This document shows, piece after piece, positions 51,465-60,479 of a DNA stretch of 64,000 nucleotides. The DNA comes from a virus: the IMG/VR virus record IMGVR_UViG_3300043788_000023, positions 64,001 through 128,000 of that record; one strand, 5' to 3'. The translations under genes were made by a program, and so were the position numbers. Position 1 is the first letter of the stretch. Every line of letters begins with the position of its first letter. The notes beneath the pieces were generated by a model. That model worked only from the letters and a program-made list of their open reading frames with translations, made no database searches and was not told the origin of the DNA.

Positions 51465-52389
51465 TTTGGGCCTCCTCTTTCTTGATGCCCTTTTCCTTCA
51501 AAAACTTCTCCAGAAGGATAAAGAGCGGCTGGTGCGTGTCAACGATGTTTCCCGCTACCAGCGCTTCGGTCTTGAACCATCTCACTTCAACAATGTCGTC
51601 GCTCGCCGTCGCACCCTGAGACGTCACGGTCGTAGAGAAGAACGAAGTCTTGACTGCACGGTCGGGCGTGTTGTAGCGCCAGTCGGGAATGAGTGCGGAG
51701 CCGATGTACTGCATCTTGTGCGGGTCAAGCGAGGTCTCTTCAAAGACTTCGCTGCGGGCGTCTGCCTCGTAGGTCGGGCGCTTCCTCTCCGCATGTCCGC
51801 CGATGAAGCGGTACTTTCCTTCTGGATCAGTGTCCTTGCGCCCGAGGAGAATGTTCACATAGTCGGTGGTGAAGATTGCAATGTCCACAGTCGGCAGAAG
51901 CACGGGCCAGAGGTGTGCGGATGCGTAGATCATCCCGGCTCGGAACTCGGACGACTCAATGACGGTGTTGGAAAGAGCGTTGCGGATGTCGGTGCCCTTG
52001 ATCTTGGAGATTTCCACCGGGAGGGTGAGTTCAACGGGGGTGTAGCGCCCTTTGTAGTGCGGGACGAATGAATCACGTCCGCCGTAGAGAGTCGCATCGC
52101 CGAACGTCACGACCGAGGAGATTGCTTTGTCAAGCTGCTCGCTCCACATCTCGTCGTTGCGCACGTCCATGAGCGGGAGCACTGTGAAATCGGGGAATTT
52201 CGCCTGAATCATCCTGCGGCGTGTTTCAAAATCAAGCGGATTGTCTTTGGTGAGTCCGGCTGGGTGAACGCCGACGAACACGATGACGCCGTTATGCCGG
52301 ATGCGTACTTGACGGAACAGTTCCATGTGTCCGTCGTGCAAGTCGTTGACTTGGAACCTGCCTACAACCACTCCGTAACTGGGTTTCAT
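51451..52389 (-). CDS. bifunctional NMN adenylyltransferase / Nudix ADP-ribose pyrophosphatase (NadM-Nudix, NatV-like)
   Basis: VGRFQ..LHDGH, NPL, GT.IR; Nudix-like GGH...ARSEVFEET, A.DD; start corrected to MKPSYG. Confidence 0.88.
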   Translation of the reverse strand: MKPSYGVVVGRFQVNDLHDGHMELFRQVRIRHNGVIVFVGVHPAGLTKDNPLDFETRRRMIQAKFPDFTVLPLMDVRNDEMWSEQLDKAISSVVTFGDATLYGGRDSFVPHYKGRYTPVELTLPVEISKIKGTDIRNALSNTVIESSEFRAGMIYASAHLWPVLLPTVDIAIFTTDYVNILLGRKDTDPEGKYRFIGGHAERKRPTYEADARSEVFEETSLDPHKMQYIGSALIPDWRYNTPDRAVKTSFFSTTVTSQGATASDDIVEVRWFKTEALVAGNIVDTHQPLFILLEKFLKEKGIKKEEAQNASV

Positions 52390-52562
52390 CTGAAGAACTT
52401 TCCGACTACGGCAATCGCCGACAGAAAGAAGGCGGCGACGACCAGCAGTCCAAGTACAGAAGTCAGACGCACGATCACAAACGAGTGGGCGATGACCCAA
52501 TATCCCACATAGAGCAGAAATGCTGCCATCAACACAAGAAGAATGGCGAGACGTCTCATCAT
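52386..52562 (-). CDS. small two-helix membrane protein
   Basis: MMRRLAILLVLMAAF..., GGAG RBS, ATGA coupling. Confidence 0.5.
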   Translation of the reverse strand: MMRRLAILLVLMAAFLLYVGYWVIAHSFVIVRLTSVLGLLVVAAFFLSAIAVVGKFFR

Positions 52563-52698
52563 ACTTATCTCCAACTCCCAAATCTTATCCGGTACGCAAT
52601 GGGGGCGCTGACGACAGCGAGAACTACTCCCAAAGCGAGGACGTACCGATGGGTGAAAATGTCCGTCCATGTAGAAACCAAGATCATCTGAGGGGGCA

Positions 52699-52938
52699 TC
52701 ACTTCAGTTCTCCGGCTGCGAAGGCTTTCTCAAGCTCGGCGCTGACGATGGGGTTGTCCACTCTAAAAACGGCAACAGAGTCCCACTGCTCTTGGAGCTT
52801 CTTGGCGTACCCACGATCACTTTCTGAAAGAGCGGTGTTGTACTTCAGGTTGAAAAGGAAGTTCGCCATCTTCGCGCCAATGAAGTCGGCGCGGGTAACC
52901 GGACGGCGTGTCTCAGCCTTTTTCTTAGCCTTCGCCAT
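52699..52938 (-). CDS. hypothetical protein (79 aa)
   Basis: GAGAGG RBS. Confidence 0.6.
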   Translation of the reverse strand: MAKAKKKAETRRPVTRADFIGAKMANFLFNLKYNTALSESDRGYAKKLQEQWDSVAVFRVDNPIVSAELEKAFAAGELK

Positions 52939-52951
52939 CTTGACCTCTCAC

Positions 52952-54988
52952 TTACTTAGATGCGGCGGTCTTGGGTAAAGCGTCAATTTCTTTCAGGAAT
53001 CTGGAGGGGGCTACCCGCTGGACGTTGGCGCTGCCTTGGACGGGCACCTTCTCCGGTAGGCACAATACTAGCGCATCCTTGGCACGGGTGCAAGCTACAT
53101 AAAACAAACGCCTTTCCTCCTCTATTTCCTCGTCGGAACCCATGGAGAACCTGTTGGGGAGGCTGCCCTCGTACACGTTGGTGACGTACACCCGCTTCCA
53201 TTCCAGCCCCTTCGCGGAGTGGATCGTGCTGATGGTCACGGAGCCTTGGCGCAACTCCTCCATCTTGCGGTCGTACTGCATCTGGGTAAGCTCCCCGGTC
53301 GCAAGCTGGCGGTCGTACATGATCTTCTCAGTCTCGTCGCCCTTGGTGCGGTCAAGCGCCATCTGGAAAATCAGGTCTTCCAGCGTCATGTTGGCGTCAA
53401 TGGTGAGGGACTGAACCATGAGAATGAAGCGTTCGATGTTCTCCAGCTTGGTCTTCACCTTGTCCGGGTCTTTCTTGTACTTTTCCTTCTGGTACTTGCG
53501 GTAGTCAAACAGGGCGAGCAGCTTCTCAACGGCGGTGAGAGGCATGTCCTTGAATTCGGTGACCATGTCAACGATGCCGATGAGATTGTGCAACCGTTCG
53601 TTTTCTTTCGCGGCCTCCAACAGGTCACCGTCAAACCGCTGGTTCGCGTCAATCCTCAGCTTGTTGAGCGCAACCTCGCCCACGCCACAGCGGGGCACGC
53701 CGCAGCAGCGCATGAACGCAGTGAAGTCCTTGCGGTTGCATACCAACCGAAGATAGCCAAGGATGTCCTTCACCTCCTCGGTCTGGAGCAAGCCACGTCC
53801 GCCACGCACGATGTACGGGATACGCCGACGCACAAGCTCACCCTCTAGGTCACGCACCTGCATACCGCTGCGCACGAGGATGGCATTTTCTTTGAACAGA
53901 ATCGGGTCTTGTTTACGTGAAGCATCATTCTTGATCTGCTGGGCGATGATCTCGGCGCAGTTCTGGGGCAGGCTGGCACGGAACAGTCGCCAGTCCCCTT
54001 CCTCCTCACGGAACACGTCCATTTGAAGAGGGATGGTTTCAGTCATCGTCTTTTGAATCTTGTTGGCGAGATGCACGATCAATTTCTTGCTACGGTGATT
54101 CCGCTTGATGCGGTGCATGGTGGGCGTCGTATCACGCCAGTTCTCGCTGTAGTCCTTCAGGATTTTCGGCACGGCTCCGTTGAAGCCGTAGATGGACTGA
54201 CCCATGTCCCCGACGACGTACAGGTTCATGTTCTCCGGTGCGAGGAGACCGTTGACGAATTCCCACTGCACCGGGTTCGTGTCCTGTGCCTCGTCCATGA
54301 GGACGTGATCAAATTGCTTTTGAAGGACTGCCTTCCACTGTGGGTCGTTGCGCATCCTGCGGACGACGAGGTGGAGCATGTCGTCAAAGTCAACCACGGA
54401 GTTCTTGCGCTTCTCGTCCTCAAAAAGCTCCCAGAGGTCAAGGTACTCCTCGGTCATTGCATGATACCCGGAGTGCTGCTCAAGCGCCTTCTCATGGACA
54501 GCGTCGGTGTAATCGTCACGGAAACCCACGCCACGAGCACGATGGAAGCCGATCTTCTCCAGAACGGAGTAGGTGTAGCCGTTGCCCCGAGGTTCGCTGC
54601 GCCCGTGCTTCTCGTCGTAGCGTTCAATGATCTTCTTCATCAACTGCGATTGGTCGTATTCGTCAAGCGGTGTAACGTGCTGCTGAAGACCGAATGCTTT
54701 GGGGTTCTTGCGGATGCCGGACAGTGCGAGGGAGTGGATCGTGGAGACACGAGGCTCCTTGTCCATGGGCGTGTCAAGACCCAAGCCAAGGCGATCCTTG
54801 AGTTCTCCCGCGGCCTTATTGGTGAACGTGATGGCACAGATGCGACGGGGCTGCACGCCCTGCTCCATAAGCCAGCGGACACGCTCAGTGAGCACACGAG
54901 TCTTACCAGAGCCAGCGCCAGCGATTAGAACGGCAGGCTTACCTACCGGATGCTGTACGGCGGCTGTTTGCTCTTCGTTTAGCTGCAC
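52952..54988 (-). CDS. UvrD/PcrA/Rep-family SF1 DNA helicase
   Basis: LNEEQ, AGAGSGKT, TFTNKAA, DEAQD, VGD..QSIYGF, STIHSAKGLEW, EERRLFYVACTRA; start corrected to GTG 54988. Confidence 0.92.
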   Translation of the reverse strand: MQLNEEQTAAVQHPVGKPAVLIAGAGSGKTRVLTERVRWLMEQGVQPRRICAITFTNKAAGELKDRLGLGLDTPMDKEPRVSTIHSLALSGIRKNPKAFGLQQHVTPLDEYDQSQLMKKIIERYDEKHGRSEPRGNGYTYSVLEKIGFHRARGVGFRDDYTDAVHEKALEQHSGYHAMTEEYLDLWELFEDEKRKNSVVDFDDMLHLVVRRMRNDPQWKAVLQKQFDHVLMDEAQDTNPVQWEFVNGLLAPENMNLYVVGDMGQSIYGFNGAVPKILKDYSENWRDTTPTMHRIKRNHRSKKLIVHLANKIQKTMTETIPLQMDVFREEEGDWRLFRASLPQNCAEIIAQQIKNDASRKQDPILFKENAILVRSGMQVRDLEGELVRRRIPYIVRGGRGLLQTEEVKDILGYLRLVCNRKDFTAFMRCCGVPRCGVGEVALNKLRIDANQRFDGDLLEAAKENERLHNLIGIVDMVTEFKDMPLTAVEKLLALFDYRKYQKEKYKKDPDKVKTKLENIERFILMVQSLTIDANMTLEDLIFQMALDRTKGDETEKIMYDRQLATGELTQMQYDRKMEELRQGSVTISTIHSAKGLEWKRVYVTNVYEGSLPNRFSMGSDEEIEEERRLFYVACTRAKDALVLCLPEKVPVQGSANVQRVAPSRFLKEIDALPKTAASK

Positions 54989-55745
54989 GCTTTTTCCCTT
55001 CAAACCTAGCAACGAGGGCGGTTGCATTGTCGCCCGTAGGCATTGCCACAGCACGGTCAACGATGGCTTGCGCCTCAGCGCCTTCCTCAACCAGCTTGAC
55101 TATGCTCTCTGCTGCCACGGCAAAATTGTAGTGGCTGGGATCAAATACGCCGTCCGTCGCTACGATTACGAAGCTGTCTTGGTTGACCTTTACGGTATAG
55201 ATGTCAGGCACACGTGACAGCACACGGTTCAAGTGGTAGTTGCCGAGAGCACGTGCCATCTGCAACCCACCGCCGCTGAAGCTTGCGCAAAGGTAGCCGT
55301 TAAGGACGATTCCACCACGCTCCTCCGCTGCCCTGCGCTCTTCGTAATTGGTGCGGACATTGTGCTCGGGTCCGATGTTGATCTTACCCTCGGCGTCCTT
55401 GATGACGATGGGACTGTCTCCCAGAATAGCGCACGTCACCGTGTTGCCCCTGTACGGAATGTACGCGAGGGACAGCGTGGAGCCGGGGTTGAGATGCCTA
55501 GTCAGCGAGTGAAGCTTGTTGATCGCCTTCTTCAGGGCGGTGCGAGGCGTGGCTTTAGGCTCGGTAATCTCGTCGGCGAAAATGCCGGGAAACTTCTCGG
55601 ACGCAAGGTGCGACACTTGCTGACCGCCATGGCCGTCAAACACGCCGATCAGCAGCCCCTTCGGGCAGCTTACGGTGAAAAAGCGGTCTTCCTGATAACC
55701 ACGCAGACCCACGTGGGTCGCAGATGTTGTAGGTTTTATCTTCAT
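54939..55745 (-). CDS. PP2C-family Ser/Thr protein phosphatase
   Basis: R.YQED, GVFDGHGG, GST, GDS, RALG, ATDGV, DN.T. Confidence 0.9.
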   Translation of the reverse strand: MKIKPTTSATHVGLRGYQEDRFFTVSCPKGLLIGVFDGHGGQQVSHLASEKFPGIFADEITEPKATPRTALKKAINKLHSLTRHLNPGSTLSLAYIPYRGNTVTCAILGDSPIVIKDAEGKINIGPEHNVRTNYEERRAAEERGGIVLNGYLCASFSGGGLQMARALGNYHLNRVLSRVPDIYTVKVNQDSFVIVATDGVFDPSHYNFAVAAESIVKLVEEGAEAQAIVDRAVAMPTGDNATALVARFEGKKRAAKRRANSRRTASGR

Positions 55746-56032
55746 ATCATGTACTGCGTGACTTGGATGTTCACGTCCTTGAAAACGATGTCGTAACAGG
55801 GTTCGCACAAAACCGCGGTGTGTATGTCCCCGTCTTTCTGGGAACCATAGCCCCAGCCTTGCTTGAGCAGGAAGTGGTTGGCGAACGAAGGTTCGTGGTA
55901 GATGCTGTACGGCTCGCCCATAGGGTTCCAGCCGCCCTCTACGATCTTCTCAATCTCCACACCGCAGCGGTCGCAGGTGACCTTGTCCAATTCCTTGCGT
56001 TCGGAGTTGACGATTTTGTATGTTAGACCCAT
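55742..56032 (-). CDS. small Zn-binding hypothetical protein
   Basis: CDRCG...WGYGS.KDG...LCEPC; start corrected. Confidence 0.6.
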   Translation of the reverse strand: MGLTYKIVNSERKELDKVTCDRCGVEIEKIVEGGWNPMGEPYSIYHEPSFANHFLLKQGWGYGSQKDGDIHTAVLCEPCYDIVFKDVNIQVTQYMI

Positions 56033-56047
56033 GCAGACTAATACTGC

Positions 56048-56082
56048 AAAAAGAAAAGCCCCGGCTTTTGAGACCGGGGCTT
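56048..56082 (-). terminator. Rho-independent terminator
   Basis: AAGCCCCGG/CCGGGGCTT stem plus T-tract. Confidence 0.8.
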
Positions 56083-56105
56083 CTCCGTGGTGAGGTCTGC
56101 AAACT

Positions 56106-57221
56106 TTAGAAGCCGCTGTCTCCGCCAGAACTGCCGCCGAAACCGCTGTCGCTGGAGCCGCCAAAATCGCTGCTGGGCGGGTCGTAGCTGGGCGTGGATT
56201 CCGGTTCGGAGAAGCTGGTGTCCGGTGCCGACTGCGTAGGCTCTTCCCAAGTTGAGTCGGGAGCCGAGGGCGCAGGCGGGGTGTAGGAGGGCGCTGGTTC
56301 AACGTAAGTCGTCTGCGGTTGTTCATAGACCACAGTCGGGTTGTTCGGACGGCTGAGCATCTCGCCGACCACTAAACCAGAGACGAAGCCATCGCCACTG
56401 CCGGAGTTGTTGTTGATCACGGTCGTGTGCGAAGGCGCTGCCGCTGCGTAGCGGTAGGGGTTGGGCGGTGTGGCGTAAGACGTACGATCCGGCACGGGCG
56501 TGGTGTCGTAGTCGGTTGTCGTGGGTGTGGTCGTTTCCGTTTCCTCAGTCTTCTTGCGGAGGACGAAGTAAAGCACGAGACCGAAGATGCTCAACGTGAG
56601 CAGGACAAGGAAGAAAACCAGGAGTCCAGACGTTCCGCTGTTGTCGGTTTGCTGGGTCTGCACCGGGGCTGTGTTCTGCGCACCTGACGCTGTGTACGTG
56701 CGTGGTTGCCCGGCTGCGCCGGGTCCACGCTGTTGAGCGACGTGGAAAGAAGTCGCCTGCCCGGTCGTGCCCGTCAGAACGGCCGCGAGACCTAGTTCCC
56801 ATTGGCGGTTCTTGAAATACGTGTTGGAAAGCTGGCTGTAAGTGGACGTGATGTCAAACGCACCGTTGTAGTACGAGCCGAGAAACATGTTCTTGGCGCG
56901 GTCGTTCGGCGCAACCATGACCACGAAGAGATTCGCCTTGCGCTGTCCGTTGGTCGTCCAGCTTGGGCAGTTTAACTCAAAGCGCCGTTCCACGTCGGAA
57001 AGGCTGGAGCCATAATTGGCGATTGAATCAACGATGACGACCTTGACGTCTGCGCCTTGATTGATCAGAGTGCGGGCGGCGCTGCCGATGACCTGCGGGT
57101 TGTGGATGACCCCGGCTTGGTCAATGATGGTCGCATTGCATTGAGTCTGGGTTTGGGCTTGAGTCAGCGGGGCAAAGAGTAGAACGAGCGCCGCGACGAG
57201 CAAAGACAATCTTAGGTTCAT
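56106..57221 (-). CDS. TPM-domain membrane protein (YgcG-like) with Gly/Ser-rich tail
   Basis: Signal peptide, IIDQAGVI, TM helix, C-terminal DFGG.S.GG.SG.F. Confidence 0.7.
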   Translation of the reverse strand: MNLRLSLLVAALVLLFAPLTQAQTQTQCNATIIDQAGVIHNPQVIGSAARTLINQGADVKVVIVDSIANYGSSLSDVERRFELNCPSWTTNGQRKANLFVVMVAPNDRAKNMFLGSYYNGAFDITSTYSQLSNTYFKNRQWELGLAAVLTGTTGQATSFHVAQQRGPGAAGQPRTYTASGAQNTAPVQTQQTDNSGTSGLLVFFLVLLTLSIFGLVLYFVLRKKTEETETTTPTTTDYDTTPVPDRTSYATPPNPYRYAAAAPSHTTVINNNSGSGDGFVSGLVVGEMLSRPNNPTVVYEQPQTTYVEPAPSYTPPAPSAPDSTWEEPTQSAPDTSFSEPESTPSYDPPSSDFGGSSDSGFGGSSGGDSGF

Positions 57222-57276
57222 GGTGATCTCCTGTACTGAAAATACCAGAGCGGGGGAAATTTACAAGGAAGGCCTT

Positions 57277-57307
57277 AAAAAGAAAAAGCCCCGGCGAACC
57301 GGGGCTT
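57277..57307 (-). terminator. Rho-independent terminator
   Basis: AAGCCCCGG-CGAA-CCGGGGCTT (TTCG loop on minus strand) plus T-tract. Confidence 0.85.
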
Positions 57308-57322
57308 CCTCCCACTCTAGGA

Positions 57323-58012
57323 TTAGAGGACGAACTTGAGTCCGCCGCCGCCAGTCCACGTGGTTGCACGCAGAATGGACGAGGTAGAACCCGTCAGGTT
57401 GGACGAGAAGGACAAGGTCTGGGTGAAACGGAGGTGCTTGCGAATTCCAGTCTTGCCGAGGATGATCTCGTTGGTCACGTTGAAGGAACGATCTGCCACC
57501 GGGGGATTGATGTTGGTGATGGAAAAGCCACCGGGCAGGATGTAGTTGGCGATGATGCGATCACGGCTGAAGTTGAAGCCGCCGCCGACGAATGGACGGG
57601 CCTGAGCAACGTTCACGCTGGTAAAGAAAGAGCGGACGCCCTCTTCACCTTGCTGAATGGTCGTGAAACCTGTGACTTGGTTGGAGTAGGATGCGCCGCC
57701 GCCGACGAGCACTACCTTGAAAATCTTGAGGTAGCCTGACCCCGTCACCTTGCCCGTGTAGCCGGACGCGGTGCTGAAGCCGTTGGCAAACGATTCCTGA
57801 TAGTTGACATCGAGCAGCAGGTGCTTGGTGCTGGACTCAATACCGACGCCGACGTTGGCGCTCGGGGTGGAAGAGTTCAGGACTGAGCCTGTGCCAGTTC
57901 CGGTGATGCCGATGGTGCCGTAAGGTGCAAAAGCGCCGTTCTGTGCGTGAGCCGGGGCGACGAGCGCCAGAGCCGCGAACAGAGCGATGACTGCTAAGGT
58001 TAGAACCTTCAT
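57323..58012 (-). CDS. secreted outer-membrane beta-barrel protein
   Basis: Signal peptide AHA-Q; alternating beta strands; RPFVGGG, C-terminal GGGLKFVL. Confidence 0.7.
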   Translation of the reverse strand: MKVLTLAVIALFAALALVAPAHAQNGAFAPYGTIGITGTGTGSVLNSSTPSANVGVGIESSTKHLLLDVNYQESFANGFSTASGYTGKVTGSGYLKIFKVVLVGGGASYSNQVTGFTTIQQGEEGVRSFFTSVNVAQARPFVGGGFNFSRDRIIANYILPGGFSITNINPPVADRSFNVTNEIILGKTGIRKHLRFTQTLSFSSNLTGSTSSILRATTWTGGGGLKFVL

Positions 58013-58046
58013 TCTGTTTTTCTCCTGTGGGTTTTGCCCAGACCCT

Positions 58047-58076
58047 ATAATACTCGGAAAAGAACGAATGGCGCAA
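58047..58076 (-). promoter_or_regulatory. candidate sigma70-type promoter TTGCGC-N18-TATTAT
   Basis: Intergenic, upstream of AGGAG RBS of barrel gene. Confidence 0.45.
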
Positions 58077-58106
58077 ACTTTTTGTAATGATTGTAAAATA
58101 AAGGAC

Positions 58107-59033
58107 TTAGTTGAAGTGGGCGAATAGGAAATTCACCCCGCCGTCGTTGCTGTACACGACACCATGCTTTAGGCTCGCCACTACGATGTGGTTTCGGTCT
58201 GTGGCGATCATGTCATTGACAACCACGACGTTGAGGCTCCGACGCTTCCAAGAGTCCCCGCCGTTGGTGGAAAGGAATACGCCGTCAGTCGTCCCAGCAT
58301 AAATCGTGTTCTTGTCCACTTGGAAAAGAACCTTGGTTCGCCGTGCATCCTTGCTCGTCTTCAGCTTTTTGTACTGCTCACCGTCGTCGCTGCCTTTGTA
58401 TATGCCGGAGCACGCACCGATGTAGACCGTTGAGGGGTCGGTCTTGTCAAGGATGATGGAAAAGAAATCTGAATCGTTGATCAAGCCCTTGTCTATGGGG
58501 TGCCAAGCGGCTCCGCCGTTGTGCGTGACGTAACCCAAGTGCCAAGTCCCTGCAAAAATCTGATTGGGGTAGTTCGGGTCTACAGCTACGCTCTGGACGT
58601 TCTTGATCGTGAAAATTTTGTCCCAAGTCATCCCCTGATCCGTTGAACGATACACGCCGTCCAAACCGCCAGCGATGAGCGTATCCCCGGAGAGTGCCAA
58701 CCCACGGATGCTTTTGTGGAGCGTCAGTTCCCAAGTCTTCCCTTCATCAAGGGAACGGAAGAAGTCGCCCACATTAGGATTGTTCAAATCCCAAGCGGCG
58801 ATGTAGATGCGACCGCCGTCCGTCAGGATGCGGTCAATCACGTACTGGTTGCCGAACGAAACGAAAGCTTGCCACGAAACGCCTTGATCGTGAGAGGTGT
58901 AGAGGATTCCAGCGGAGGTTCCTAGATACAGCACGCCGGGGGCGGCTGCCAAGCTGCGGGCCTCTATGTATGGCATAGAGACCCGCGCCGGGACAAGGAA
59001 GAATACTACGAGTGCGAGGAGAAAGGCTCTCAT
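58107..59033 (-). CDS. secreted BNR/Asp-box beta-propeller protein (Ycf48/GH74-like repeats)
   Basis: Repeated S.D.G.(S/T)W motifs, signal peptide. Confidence 0.8.
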   Translation of the reverse strand: MRAFLLALVVFFLVPARVSMPYIEARSLAAAPGVLYLGTSAGILYTSHDQGVSWQAFVSFGNQYVIDRILTDGGRIYIAAWDLNNPNVGDFFRSLDEGKTWELTLHKSIRGLALSGDTLIAGGLDGVYRSTDQGMTWDKIFTIKNVQSVAVDPNYPNQIFAGTWHLGYVTHNGGAAWHPIDKGLINDSDFFSIILDKTDPSTVYIGACSGIYKGSDDGEQYKKLKTSKDARRTKVLFQVDKNTIYAGTTDGVFLSTNGGDSWKRRSLNVVVVNDMIATDRNHIVVASLKHGVVYSNDGGVNFLFAHFN

Positions 59034-59509
59034 TGCTCCCGAATCGTGACAGTGTTGCCCGTGGTCGCATCGGCAGTTACGCTGATGCGGGAAGGAGCAA
59101 TTCCGAACTTGGATTCACCGCTGGTGAGATAGCGACGAACGCCCTGAACGTTCTTGGCACTTCCACGAACCACGACTGTCTTGGTGGGATTGCTCTGCAA
59201 CCACAACGCCACAGTGTCAAGCGATGCTTTGCAGAGGTTGGTGACCACAGCCTTGGCTCCGAACTGGCACGATGCGTCAAACGTCGGCACAGTTGCAGGT
59301 GTGGGTGTAACCGGAACCGGAGTCGGAACCGGGGTGGGTGCCGTAACCGTCACCACTGCCGGGGGCACTGGTGTTGGAGGAGGCGGCACTGGTGTCGGTG
59401 CTATGGTCAGAACCAAAGCTGCCGTGGCAACCACGACGGCGGTAATGAAAGGTCGCCGTGCCGCCAAGTGGAGAACGCCTGAAATACTTCCCGATGGAGA
59501 ACCGTACAT
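59030..59509 (-). CDS. membrane-anchored Pro/Thr-linker protein with degenerate OmpA-like C-terminal domain
   Basis: TM, PTPVP linker, KASLD.VAL.LQ..P...VVV.G...V..YL...GI...RI. Confidence 0.55.
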   Translation of the reverse strand: MYGSPSGSISGVLHLAARRPFITAVVVATAALVLTIAPTPVPPPPTPVPPAVVTVTAPTPVPTPVPVTPTPATVPTFDASCQFGAKAVVTNLCKASLDTVALWLQSNPTKTVVVRGSAKNVQGVRRYLTSGESKFGIAPSRISVTADATTGNTVTIREQ

Positions 59510-59510
59510 G

Positions 59511-60392
59511 TTATTGTCGCCCCTTTTTGTTGAAAAGATTCCAATCAAATGATGTGTTGAAGAAGAAATAAGCACCCGTGGACGAAAGCCCCGAGATGAA
59601 GCGGTTTTCGTGACGTACCGAAGCGCCTATCTCAGTGTACACGCCGTGGATGGGAGCAGCAAGCTTAATTCCGCCACCGCCCGCAACTTTGTTTTCCCAA
59701 TCGTTCCCCTGCGTGTCGCCGACGAATCGGATTTCAGCGTAGGGAATGAGAGCCACGCGACCGAAGCGGTGAGCGATGACGCCCTGTTGGACGTTGCCCA
59801 TGCCGATCACGTTGTTGTGCTCAATGGGTTCGATGTTGCCCGCTTCAAACCACGCAGAACCGGGGAAGCGGCTCTTCGGGTCAGCCATGGGCTGCCAGCC
59901 GAACCAGCCGTTGACGAAGCCTGTTGCTCCGCCGCGCTGCGTTGGCAGGTTGTAGGTGCCGTTGACCAGAGTCGGGCTGAGGAACTGTCCGGTTCCGACG
60001 TAGCGATCTTCGTACTGGTAGCCACCGCTGACGCTGATGACTCCATGCCGGAAGAACTTGTTGATCTTCGCTCCACCGAACGGCAGGACCATGTTGTTCC
60101 ACGGGTAGCCGTAGGTGTCGTTGCCCAGCGAAACGCTGGCGTATGGGGTGAATGTGACGGAGCCTTTGGCGGTGCTAAACAGCGTTACGCCCTGCTCCAC
60201 GTAGATTTCGGATTGAATGTTGCCATGCTCGACCGGGCTTGAGTCGCCGACTGACGTCCAAGCCTGACCGGGAAAGGCGGAAACTTGCAGCGTGCTGCCC
60301 TTGGCAGCGGGGATCGGGCCGTCCTGCGCGAAAGCCGCTGAGGCTACCGTCAGGGTTAAAGCTAGGAACAGTGCTGAGAGTACGTTTTTCAT
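59511..60392 (-). CDS. secreted outer-membrane beta-barrel-like protein with internal duplication
   Basis: Signal peptide AFA-Q; two FPG.AW...P.EH.N...V.QGV...PYA...DT.G..W.N.V..GG.K repeats. Confidence 0.65.
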   Translation of the reverse strand: MKNVLSALFLALTLTVASAAFAQDGPIPAAKGSTLQVSAFPGQAWTSVGDSSPVEHGNIQSEIYVEQGVTLFSTAKGSVTFTPYASVSLGNDTYGYPWNNMVLPFGGAKINKFFRHGVISVSGGYQYEDRYVGTGQFLSPTLVNGTYNLPTQRGGATGFVNGWFGWQPMADPKSRFPGSAWFEAGNIEPIEHNNVIGMGNVQQGVIAHRFGRVALIPYAEIRFVGDTQGNDWENKVAGGGGIKLAAPIHGVYTEIGASVRHENRFISGLSSTGAYFFFNTSFDWNLFNKKGRQ

Positions 60393-60479
60393 AAATCTCC
60401 TTGTTCCCCTTTGATGCTGTGAACATCGGGCGGGGTGCGCCCTTTTTGAAAAAAGTGCTTGGTGCCAGTAATTTTTACC

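Noticed and set aside
49995-52389. NARP1 (Adps + Namat) assignment
   Set aside because: Partner gene is an HxGH nucleotidyltransferase-Nudix, not a PRPP-synthetase-like Adps
52952-52975. KTAASK at UvrD C-terminus as a maturation site
   Set aside because: Single occurrence in a non-structural gene; chance cannot be excluded
56048-57307. Repeated AAGCCCCG...CGGGGCTT palindromes (also 31201-31228) as REP or CRISPR repeats
   Set aside because: Isolated hairpins with T-tracts at gene ends, i.e. terminators; no repeat-spacer periodicity
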